Assembly (NCBI GenBank): GCA_965208125.1
Contig: OZ242320.1
Coordinates: forward strand, 5,088,001-5,152,000
DNA length: 64,000 nucleotides
Direction of reading: 5' to 3'
Source: Candidatus Latescibacterota bacterium
Lineage (GTDB): Bacteria; Latescibacterota; UBA2968
A model generated the notes under the pieces. The model had not been told where the DNA came from. It did not search any database and saw nothing but the letters and a program-made list of their open reading frames with translations. The position numbers and the translations under genes are program-made. Shown here piece by piece: positions 1 through 8,934 of the stretch; position 1 is the stretch's first letter; each line of letters opens with the position of its first letter.

Positions 1-857
1 GGACCATCGATATTGTACGAATGGATATCGCTACTGATGGTATCGGGCGGAAAACCATCTTCCATCGCAGCGCGCCCCACGTCGTAACTAAAACTGCCCA
101 ACCCGTGACCAATGTCAAAAATCACCCCGCGATCGCGCGCATCCCATGCCTCGGAAATCACCTTTCCCCGATTGTCGATAATCGATGCGGGCTGTGTACC
201 GTGAAAACAATGGGTCACAATATCGCCCGGACGCAGAGGCTGAATCAGGTCGCGCAAAGGCACATCGGCATTGCTGATATGAACCATCAGGGGTTTCTCG
301 CACCGATTGGCGGCCTCCAGAGCAATTTGCAACAAATCGCGTATATCCGCATCGCCGCCCACACCTTTGTACAAACGCACCTTAACGCCCAGTGCTGTTT
401 TCGGGTGATTCAAAACCGTCTGCGCGCATTCACTGGCCGACACATAGCCTTCATATACCATCTCACCACGCCGCCAGGGCAACCCAACACCCGACAGATT
501 GACATAGGCCAAAATACGCGTTGAAGACGGCTCCATTACATAGCGCTCCAATCCGCGATAATTAATCCATCCCGCTGTCCCCGTATCAACGCTCGTTGTC
601 ACCCCCGTGCGCGGGCACAGGTCATCGGCCTCTATACCAAAACTCGATACATCTTTGTACACATGGGTATGCAAATCAATCAGCCCCGGCGTCACGAGAC
701 ATCCGCCTGCATCAATTACTGAATCGGCTTCCCCTAAATCGCGCCCAATAGCTGCTACTACGCCCCCCTTCAATCCCACATCCAATGCGCCCTGCACACC
801 ATTAGCCGGGTCCATCACCGTCCCACCTGTTATCAACACATCGTATTGATCAGCCAT
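1..857 (-). CDS. Amidohydrolase/deacetylase family metallohydrolase (dihydroorotase-like), 3' end outside window
   Basis: Not in ORF track (runs off the edge). Manual translation from ATG at 857: MADQYDVLITGGTVMDPANG...CLVTPGLIDLHTHVY...GVTTSVDTGTAG (HxH metal motif). AGGAGA RBS upstream. Confidence 0.85.
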   Translation of the reverse strand, partial: MADQYDVLITGGTVMDPANGVQGALDVGLKGGVVAAIGRDLGEADSVIDAGGCLVTPGLIDLHTHVYKDVSSFGIEADDLCPRTGVTTSVDTGTAGWINYRGLERYVMEPSSTRILAYVNLSGVGLPWRRGEMVYEGYVSASECAQTVLNHPKTALGVKVRLYKGVGGDADIRDLLQIALEAANRCEKPLMVHISNADVPLRDLIQPLRPGDIVTHCFHGTQPASIIDNRGKVISEAWDARDRGVIFDIGHGLGSFSYDVGRAAMEDGFPPDTISSDIHSYNIDG

Positions 858-865
858 ATATCTCC

Positions 866-1864
866 TCACGATCGCTCTGCAATATAAGTTTCCGCATCGA
901 TTTTTCCCGAGGCAATCAAATCGCGGAACAGCGCCACAGTTTCAGCCACGCCTTCTGTCAGCGGCTTGTGCGCCACTGTGCCAATTGCAGCCTCCAATCC
1001 ACTCCCATCGACTTCCTGGGGAAATGGCAGCTGGATATCTTCAAACGTGATCTTATCCACAGCTTCAGGCGCTGCCCGATCAATCGCATCCTTCACATCC
1101 TGCATATCGGGTGCAAATCCGCCCAAATTAAATGCCCCAGCTCCCTCGTAATCGGCCCTTGCAGCCTGAATAAACGCCCGCGCCGTATCATCGGCATACT
1201 GAAAAACCGTGCGCCCACCATAAGAAATGTGATAGGGCAAATTCGCAGCAGCAGCGAGCATGGCCGTCGTTGGCGTTGAAGTAATACCCTGATCGCGCCC
1301 CACCCCATAGACCACATAGGGCCGAAAACCGATAGAAGATACTCCCTCGTCGAGCCAATACACATGCGCGGTTCCCTCATTCGCCTGTTTGTACACGCCG
1401 TAATGCGTATGGGGCATCAGCGAGGAATCATCTTGCATCACAGCGCCCGGTTCGTAATCTTCGGGCGCGCCAAAAACAGCGACAGAACTCGCATAGACCA
1501 CTTTGCCAATATGCTCTTGCCGGCGTTTCACAGCTTCAAAAACATTCGCGGTACCCACCACATTGACGCGCGCACCGAGCGGCGGATCGGCTTTGCAAAA
1601 CGGCACTTGAAGTCCTGCCAGATGAATGACATGCGTAATCTCATTATCGTCTAACGCCCGTTCAAAAGTGGGCAAATCCGCAATATCGCCAGCCACAAAA
1701 TTTACCTGCGCCAATTCGTCATCTGACAGCAACAATTGCAAGCGCCGAGGCTCTGTCGCCAGATCAAATACCGTGACCGGCACCCCTTCGCGCACCAGGT
1801 TATGTACAGCCCATGCGCCAATACACCCCAATGCACCCGTAACTAAAAAACGCTCGTCAGCCAT
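866..1864 (-). CDS. NAD-dependent epimerase/dehydratase (extended SDR)
   Basis: LVTGALGCIG Rossmann motif, HLAG, YASSVAVFG, YGVYK (YxxxK). Confidence 0.9.
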   Translation of the reverse strand: MADERFLVTGALGCIGAWAVHNLVREGVPVTVFDLATEPRRLQLLLSDDELAQVNFVAGDIADLPTFERALDDNEITHVIHLAGLQVPFCKADPPLGARVNVVGTANVFEAVKRRQEHIGKVVYASSVAVFGAPEDYEPGAVMQDDSSLMPHTHYGVYKQANEGTAHVYWLDEGVSSIGFRPYVVYGVGRDQGITSTPTTAMLAAAANLPYHISYGGRTVFQYADDTARAFIQAARADYEGAGAFNLGGFAPDMQDVKDAIDRAAPEAVDKITFEDIQLPFPQEVDGSGLEAAIGTVAHKPLTEGVAETVALFRDLIASGKIDAETYIAERS

Positions 1865-1938
1865 AATTCCCTCTAAAAAAATCCGCTGGCATACACAATC
1901 ACCAACGGATTTTCGTTATCTAAACAAAACCTTTGAGA

Positions 1939-4383
1939 TTAGAACAACAAGACCGATACCGACTTCTGGATCATGGCAATGGACACCGATGCCATTCCCA
2001 CAAGCGCCATGCCCACGGAAAAGCCCACCATCAACACCGCCGCATAAATGCGCCATTGTTGCTTGCCAAAACGCTTCCAGAAATAGTAGCGAGCAATCAG
2101 CGCGCCGATGATCTCAGTGATCATAAAATGCGGAATACTGGTCAAACTACGTATATAACCAAAGATGAGCAAAATGGGCAACCCAAACAGGGACAAAACA
2201 ATGAAGAATACAAGCCCAATGGCAAATCCGGTGGTAATAACCCAGGGTTTTAGAGCCTCGAACAAAATGGGCTTATCATCTGACGACTGCAAAAATGCCC
2301 CATCAAAAGAAGGCACTTGATCAATCTCGTATTGATAGAACAATTCTCGGCCCTGAGGATCCATCGCTCTGGAAATGACCATTTCAGGATTTGGAGTACC
2401 CAGGTGCGCGCCATCGTCCGCACTGCGTATTTCTGGCGCAGAAGGCAACCCCTGTACTAAAGCATCGGATATATCGGGCGGAGCGCGACTCATTGTTGAG
2501 GGCGAGTATGGCGGGGTTTGTGCACCATCAAAATTGGTGTAAAAATAAGCAGTGCTCGACCACGGGCCATACCTGCGCTCTTCATCGGGTACACTATCCG
2601 GGTCATCAGGCGTTGCCCGCACCCGCCAGTACCACCACGCATTATTCGACAAATTCGCCGGTGTCCACGTTACAGTGCCCTCTTGAGAATAGTCAACTTC
2701 CCCGCGCATGGTACTGGTGATCCACACACACCGCTGAAGGGCGTTCAACGGCCAGAACAATTGCACATAGGGATACGCATCGGAAGGAATGGGTGCGAGT
2801 TTCCAAATATAGGACCAGTACATAAAACTGGTCAGAAAAACCAGAGGCACCATAAAGATCTCTGCCTTCAAAATACTCCTGAAGCTGGTACCCGTCAACT
2901 CAATCTCTCGAAAACGCTGCGCTGCCGCGCCATAGTTATCCAGGCCAAAATCCACAAACCAGATCTCAATCCCCCGGAAACCACTGAGAAAAATGGTCGC
3001 TTGTTTAATATATGGGATGCTCACGTTTTGCCCTACCAAACCATCTAAGCGGGCATTGACAAATGAAATGAGGGGTGTGTACACAAATGCAAAAATAAAG
3101 AAAAAGATCAGTAGAGTGACGGTGACCAGTTGCGGAAAAAGAATTTTTGACAGAACAATGGTGTACAAACTCGCTATACAAAACAACACTACGCAAATCC
3201 AAATCCTGAAATCACCTCGTCCGGGCGGCGTTTCCCACGATCCCTTCTCGGTCTTTTCAATCCGCGCGGTTCGCACTCCCCGCCACACCTGATAAAACCC
3301 AATGACGGTAATGGCAAATGTAATGCCAATGCCAAAGCTCATCCAGAAATCAATACCCGTCACAAAGTGCGTCTGGATAGTATCCATTCCCATAAACCAG
3401 TGCGGCATAAATCCATAATGGTGTAAAATGGGGCTTGCAATTGTATGGATCACCACGCCTATAAAAGCCCCCATCACGGCCCAGAATGGGGCGAGAAAAC
3501 CCGCAAAAATGGGTCCCAGGTGTAGGGTAAAGCCCAGGGGTGTTGCGGGCAAAAAATATCCCGTGTATTGCGTGAAATCGACAAATGGGATCGGGATGAG
3601 TTGCACGGGCTGTTCCATAAACGCACCCGAAATAGCCGGTACAGCTACATAGAGCATTCCCCACACCAGGCCAATCACCGCACCGACAGAAAACATGCGC
3701 CAGCGCCACGTGATATCTCCACTGCTTTCTTCTGCCAATGCCATAGCCCCCTGTGCAGCGATAGGTGCAAATGGAAACGGCAACTTCTCGTAATCGGATG
3801 TGATGCGGAACAACACATAACTGGCAGAAAACCAAGCAATGCGTCCCATAATTGTGCCCAACACCAGCAATGCAATGGGCCAAAACCAATCGGCATGTAA
3901 AAACGTACGCTCGATCAGCGCCTCGGAATTTGCCTTCGGCGCGAACCACCACAATTCGCCCAATGCCTTTTGTATGCCAAATTGCACGACTGCGGGCGAC
4001 TGCACAAAATACTGATTCCACAACAGACCTTCAAAGGCATTGGACTCCCGGTTGACCAGCGCAATCGTCACATAATACAACAGATAAATTTCCTGTCGCT
4101 TGAGTACAGTAAACGAGCGCTTTGCCAATTCGATGAACAAAATAATCGTGACCCACTGCGCCGCCGCGCCAATGGAGCCGCCGATCATCAGTTCCAGATA
4201 AATATTGCCGGGCACCATCACAATCGACACAAATAATGCACCCACAATGGTCTTTGCATTAAAGCCTTCGGCAAATTCATCGGGCGTTTCGAGCAGATCG
4301 CGATATTCTTCGATCTCTTCAAACTGCGTATTTTTCTTTGGTTCTTTGTCTTTGTTGCGTCTTAAAAGATTGCCTAAAGCCAT
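1939..4383 (-). CDS. OPT-superfamily-like multi-pass membrane protein (putative peptide transporter) with a large inserted soluble domain
   Basis: Many hydrophobic helices; EKLPFPFAP motif resembling the OPT/DUF6785 'ERLxFP'; PIPSDAYPY segment; hydrophilic insertion at about 2275-2700. Confidence 0.7.
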   Translation of the reverse strand: MALGNLLRRNKDKEPKKNTQFEEIEEYRDLLETPDEFAEGFNAKTIVGALFVSIVMVPGNIYLELMIGGSIGAAAQWVTIILFIELAKRSFTVLKRQEIYLLYYVTIALVNRESNAFEGLLWNQYFVQSPAVVQFGIQKALGELWWFAPKANSEALIERTFLHADWFWPIALLVLGTIMGRIAWFSASYVLFRITSDYEKLPFPFAPIAAQGAMALAEESSGDITWRWRMFSVGAVIGLVWGMLYVAVPAISGAFMEQPVQLIPIPFVDFTQYTGYFLPATPLGFTLHLGPIFAGFLAPFWAVMGAFIGVVIHTIASPILHHYGFMPHWFMGMDTIQTHFVTGIDFWMSFGIGITFAITVIGFYQVWRGVRTARIEKTEKGSWETPPGRGDFRIWICVVLFCIASLYTIVLSKILFPQLVTVTLLIFFFIFAFVYTPLISFVNARLDGLVGQNVSIPYIKQATIFLSGFRGIEIWFVDFGLDNYGAAAQRFREIELTGTSFRSILKAEIFMVPLVFLTSFMYWSYIWKLAPIPSDAYPYVQLFWPLNALQRCVWITSTMRGEVDYSQEGTVTWTPANLSNNAWWYWRVRATPDDPDSVPDEERRYGPWSSTAYFYTNFDGAQTPPYSPSTMSRAPPDISDALVQGLPSAPEIRSADDGAHLGTPNPEMVISRAMDPQGRELFYQYEIDQVPSFDGAFLQSSDDKPILFEALKPWVITTGFAIGLVFFIVLSLFGLPILLIFGYIRSLTSIPHFMITEIIGALIARYYFWKRFGKQQWRIYAAVLMVGFSVGMALVGMASVSIAMIQKSVSVLLF

Positions 4384-4404
4384 AGATTGTCCCGTGTATA
4401 AATA

Positions 4405-7400
4405 CTATGCATTGACCGCTGCTGTAGAAGCAGAGAGCAATTCCCGCCCTTTATCCGTGTATTTGGCACGATTGGTTGGATCAACTGTTCGCCAGATCAA
4501 AAATTGTTTGCGAAGCGCGTTCATAAACCCCTGATTGCCCCGTCGCCACGATGCCACATCGCCCGAAAGCCGATCTATTGTCAGCGCCATCGCAAAAATA
4601 TTGTGCTCGCCTGTGGGCACGGCTTCAAAATGTACCTGTTGACTCACGCCCAAATCATAAGGTGCCAACCATATTGTCGTATCAATCGTATATCCCGCGC
4701 CAGTTGCTGCTTCAACCGAACCAAATCGCGCACCATCTGTATAAAACGCGCCCATGGACTCGCCCATGTGCGACTCAAAATAATCCACCAGAAATACCGA
4801 CAGCCCAAACACATCTTTACCGCCTACGGTAAATGGAAACTCAAAATGCCAGTGATCGCCTTCCGGATCGGGCAACTTCCAGCGACGCGTCACATCGGGC
4901 ACAGCCATAAGTGCCGCCTGACGCGCGGGATAAAGCGATGAAATCAAAACCACGACCATCACCAGGGCTGAAGAAATAACAGTTGACAATGCCGAATAAT
5001 TCACATTAAGCCCTTGCAACAACTCCTGCCACAATAAAATTTTGATCACTCCCTGACCGAGCAAATACCCTGCTACAGTACCCAATACGGCATAAACACA
5101 CGCCTCGGCAATAAACAAAAAAGAGATGTGTACAGGCGCCAACCCTACAGCAGAATAAATACCAATCTCGCGGAAGCGCTCGTAAACCGATCCCATCATC
5201 GTATTCAGCACAATCAACGCAGCCACCAGGATGGGAACAAACAAATTGGCAAGGCCGGGCAATGTTCCCCACCCCATCGAACTGTAAATTGACACCTGGA
5301 TTTTGCCATCTGCTTTTGGAATGCCCGCGTACACCACCACCGACAACCGCGACACATATTCTTTGACCTGTTCTTCGACATTTACATCTTCGCGCAAACG
5401 AATTGCTATAGATTGCAGAGGGCTACCCACTTCTCGCAATATATTATAGGGAATAATGGCAATATCGTCGGGATCAATATGCTCGAATGGCATGTTCTCG
5501 AGCTGGGGCTGTTCCAGACCCTGTTTTTCGCGACTCTCCTGCTGGGTCATCCGAGAGACGATCTCATCATCCGTCAGCTTAAAATCCGCCGGACTCATAA
5601 TCTCGCCATCCAGATCTTCGTAATCGCGCATTTTTTCCGCATCGATCAACCCCACGACTTTCAATTGTTTGCCAAATAAGCGCACACTTTTTTTGCCGAC
5701 ATCTTCAGGCTCCACCTCGAGCAATCCGGCTATTTTGCCGGGCAAAATACACGCGATTTCACCCTCTTCAAACCATCGTCCCTGGCTCAACAAGGTATCG
5801 ATCCCCGTGACCGCGGGTTCATTGACCGATAGTCCCAATATGCCCAGCACTTTGGTCGTTTTTTCAGGCGTTTCAATAGGTGTCTTTTTTAAGTCTTGCG
5901 TAACATACCAGCTACGCGGCGCAATCTCACCCTGATCAAAAAAATTGATGCGGGCATAATCATAAGACGTATCCTCCAATGGCCCCCAGAACTGGCTGCG
6001 AATCAACAGTCCCGGATACTTGCCTTCGATATCATCCAGTGGAATTTGATAAAAATCGAGCGTTGTCTTAATCGACGTAAAGGACAATACGGTAAATGTC
6101 AATAAAACCAGCGTGGCAAATGTCAGGCTGGTACGCATTTTGCGCTTTTTCATGTTCGCAATGCCCAGCTGAAATGCCGCCACTGACGCGCTTATACGTC
6201 CCACATCGGTATCGTGCAACAACACCTCTTCTGTGCGTAACCGCCGGATATTTTCGTGAAACCGCCCCGACACAATGGCAATCACAAAAATCGCCAGTGC
6301 AAAAATCACAAAAGCCAGCAAAATCACAAACGGATTGGAGAGATCAAATGCGGGATGCACCTGAGAAAGAACGATCCAGATCACCACAAAAGCCGCGCCA
6401 AAACCGCCGATTTGCAACCGGATATCGGAAAAGGTAAAAATCAACCGCTCGACAAAAAACGCACATGGAATGACCAGTATCATAAAGAAGATCACACCGC
6501 GAATCACATCGTTTTGCGTTGCTTTCACATCTGGATAGGCGCGCGATTCGAGGCCCATGCCCGCGCGTGTGTGTTTGACAAACAAATCCCATTTTTTGTC
6601 TTGCATCGCCTCTTCGGCCAGATCCAGATGCTCTTTAGCCTGGGCGTGCAAACTGGTCATTCGCTGGTTTTCAATCGAATACTTCGCCAATTCGCGCATC
6701 CGCGCCTCGTTCAGCGTCCACATATCTTTTGCGGCCTGGAACGAAGAGTGAATAAACGCCCCACCGTGTTGCAAGGTCTGAAACCCATCGCCGCGCGCGA
6801 CTTCCACGCTTTCGGCACTTTTTGAGTTCAGCAACATATAGCGTACGCCTATATCCAGGGATCTTCCCCCCAACCGCATCACAATTTTGATCCGTTCGCC
6901 CGGCGTTGTAAAAATGGTTCCCACCGGTTCTTCTGGACCAAAGCCGACGGCATAGCCGTATTCCTGCGGTGCCGTATTGCCGGGACCGAGTACGCTGATG
7001 CTCGACAATTTGGATAAATAACGGGGATCGACTGTTTCGTAAAAATCCGTTGCAATACACGGGAACAAAATCCGCGTGCGCTTGGATATCCACCAGTCCA
7101 TATTAAACTCACCCCGGTATATGCGCGCCTGGCGACCGTGATTGGGCGCGTACGTGATCTCCCCACTTTCTGGATCCATATAAAAAGCCTTCACATCCAC
7201 GCGGCGTTCGGCAATGCCCGGCATGTAAAATTCGCCATTTTCATCTGCAATGTCGTAATAGACGCGACGCACGCCTTTGATCGATTTGTCAACACCCATT
7301 CGCAGCGAAGCCACAGCACCGGGGCGGGGGCGATCAGGGGTAATGCTCAGTCGAGGAAATGTGCGCACAAAACCCTTTAATCCGCGCATGCGATCATCGG

Positions 7401-8934
7401 GATCCAGCTTGTAATCGGGCAAAAAATCTTCGGAATTTAGCCCGAGATCGAGCACGCCTGCAAGCAGACGTATCTGCCCGGTGAGATTTTTGAAATTCAC
7501 ATGTTCGGATTTATCCAGTGGGGTATCCACTCTAAAACGCGCGTCGTTGACCGTAATGAGCGATAGCGCCGGCGTGCCCGCTTCCAAAACGACCTCACCA
7601 TCTGTTTTCAGGATTTTCCCCGGAATATACATATCCCAGTTCATGCCGCCTTTTGGATTGATCCCATCGATGAGGGCATCGGCGGGGTCCAGATCAAATC
7701 GCTCGGCTATCGCCTCTGAATAATGTATAAACGACTTGCCAAATGGCGTGAAGAAACGCTTGTAATAATAATTGCGCGTACTGTTCCAAACCCCGATTTC
7801 ATCTGTCTGGCTCGTCAAATCCAGAGAAATAAACAGTGGCAACTCGAGGGGTTCGGTCATCAAAGCGGCAAAATGTTTTTCTTTGCGCGAATGCCTGCTC
7901 AAAAAATCGCAAATACCTCTGAAGCCGAGATGATGCCCAGAAGATGCGAGAAATAAAAGCGTGTGTTTGGGCGGGTACTTGCTGAAATATTCGACCAACT
8001 TCATCATGCCCACAATCCCACACGCCATTTCTGCACCCGGCGCGAGCGCGGGCACCACGGACATGGCATCGTAATACGTATTGATCACCACGATTTTTTC
8101 GCTCAATACGGGATCGGTTCCGCGAATCCAGCCCAAAATATTCCGGGTCTCTTTCTTTTCCCAATCCATTCGCGCCTTCAAAGTGACATTGATCTCATCC
8201 TTTTGCGCAATCAATTCCTTCAGTTTTTCGCCACTTGTCTTATCAATCCAAAAACGCTCTACACTATTGGGCACCTGCAAAAATTTAGTCTCTGCCTGCG
8301 CGGTAAACGTGGAGTCGGGTTCGATAAACACAATCTGCTGCGCGCCGAGCATGGCGGCATTGAGCCAGTTGTTCCACGAATTAAATTCCATCAACACCAC
8401 CGCACCCTTTACATTGCGTCCATTAAATTCCGATACATCGCCAGTGCCGCCCCACAAGAGATGTCCTTTCACGCCTCCCGAGGGCAAAGTGGTCGTCTTG
8501 ACCAGATTGGGCCACAAACCGTGAATGGTAAATACCTCGCCGGTATCTTCCACCTTTAAGCTGCCGCCCCGGTCTATGGGCACGGCCACGTCATACGTCT
8601 CGGCTTCTACGTCTTCCAGGCCAAAACGCCGAAATTCAGCTTCTATAAAATTCGCGATTTTTTCGTGACCCTCATAACCCACCACGCGCGAGCCGTATTG
8701 CGTGAACTGCTCCATCAACGTGCGAATCCCGTCTTCGCGCACGGCATCCAAAACCCGTGTGCCCACTTCCTCTGCTCGCGGAACGAGTATAGGAGGAACC
8801 TCGCCGGGCATTTCCAATCCCAACAGGGCAGCTATACGGGGATTTACGCGATAGGGACCGGCAATCAGGAGCGCGGTGACAAAAATCCCCAGACCGATGA
8901 GGCTCCAGATGATGTGCTTGTAATATTTATCCAT
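4405..8934 (-). CDS. Fusion of M28 peptidase/PA-like domain with MacB/FtsX-type ABC permease
   Basis: N-terminal TM, SRVVGYEGH, NILGWIRG, YYDAMSVVPALAPGA (M28-like); NMKKRKMRTSLT (MacB/FtsX first TM motif); VYERFREIGIYSAVG...LFIAEA...YPARQA (FtsX permease motif). Confidence 0.8.
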   Translation of the reverse strand: MDKYYKHIIWSLIGLGIFVTALLIAGPYRVNPRIAALLGLEMPGEVPPILVPRAEEVGTRVLDAVREDGIRTLMEQFTQYGSRVVGYEGHEKIANFIEAEFRRFGLEDVEAETYDVAVPIDRGGSLKVEDTGEVFTIHGLWPNLVKTTTLPSGGVKGHLLWGGTGDVSEFNGRNVKGAVVLMEFNSWNNWLNAAMLGAQQIVFIEPDSTFTAQAETKFLQVPNSVERFWIDKTSGEKLKELIAQKDEINVTLKARMDWEKKETRNILGWIRGTDPVLSEKIVVINTYYDAMSVVPALAPGAEMACGIVGMMKLVEYFSKYPPKHTLLFLASSGHHLGFRGICDFLSRHSRKEKHFAALMTEPLELPLFISLDLTSQTDEIGVWNSTRNYYYKRFFTPFGKSFIHYSEAIAERFDLDPADALIDGINPKGGMNWDMYIPGKILKTDGEVVLEAGTPALSLITVNDARFRVDTPLDKSEHVNFKNLTGQIRLLAGVLDLGLNSEDFLPDYKLDPDDRMRGLKGFVRTFPRLSITPDRPRPGAVASLRMGVDKSIKGVRRVYYDIADENGEFYMPGIAERRVDVKAFYMDPESGEITYAPNHGRQARIYRGEFNMDWWISKRTRILFPCIATDFYETVDPRYLSKLSSISVLGPGNTAPQEYGYAVGFGPEEPVGTIFTTPGERIKIVMRLGGRSLDIGVRYMLLNSKSAESVEVARGDGFQTLQHGGAFIHSSFQAAKDMWTLNEARMRELAKYSIENQRMTSLHAQAKEHLDLAEEAMQDKKWDLFVKHTRAGMGLESRAYPDVKATQNDVIRGVIFFMILVIPCAFFVERLIFTFSDIRLQIGGFGAAFVVIWIVLSQVHPAFDLSNPFVILLAFVIFALAIFVIAIVSGRFHENIRRLRTEEVLLHDTDVGRISASVAAFQLGIANMKKRKMRTSLTFATLVLLTFTVLSFTSIKTTLDFYQIPLDDIEGKYPGLLIRSQFWGPLEDTSYDYARINFFDQGEIAPRSWYVTQDLKKTPIETPEKTTKVLGILGLSVNEPAVTGIDTLLSQGRWFEEGEIACILPGKIAGLLEVEPEDVGKKSVRLFGKQLKVVGLIDAEKMRDYEDLDGEIMSPADFKLTDDEIVSRMTQQESREKQGLEQPQLENMPFEHIDPDDIAIIPYNILREVGSPLQSIAIRLREDVNVEEQVKEYVSRLSVVVYAGIPKADGKIQVSIYSSMGWGTLPGLANLFVPILVAALIVLNTMMGSVYERFREIGIYSAVGLAPVHISFLFIAEACVYAVLGTVAGYLLGQGVIKILLWQELLQGLNVNYSALSTVISSALVMVVVLISSLYPARQAALMAVPDVTRRWKLPDPEGDHWHFEFPFTVGGKDVFGLSVFLVDYFESHMGESMGAFYTDGARFGSVEAATGAGYTIDTTIWLAPYDLGVSQQVHFEAVPTGEHNIFAMALTIDRLSGDVASWRRGNQGFMNALRKQFLIWRTVDPTNRAKYTDKGRELLSASTAAVNA

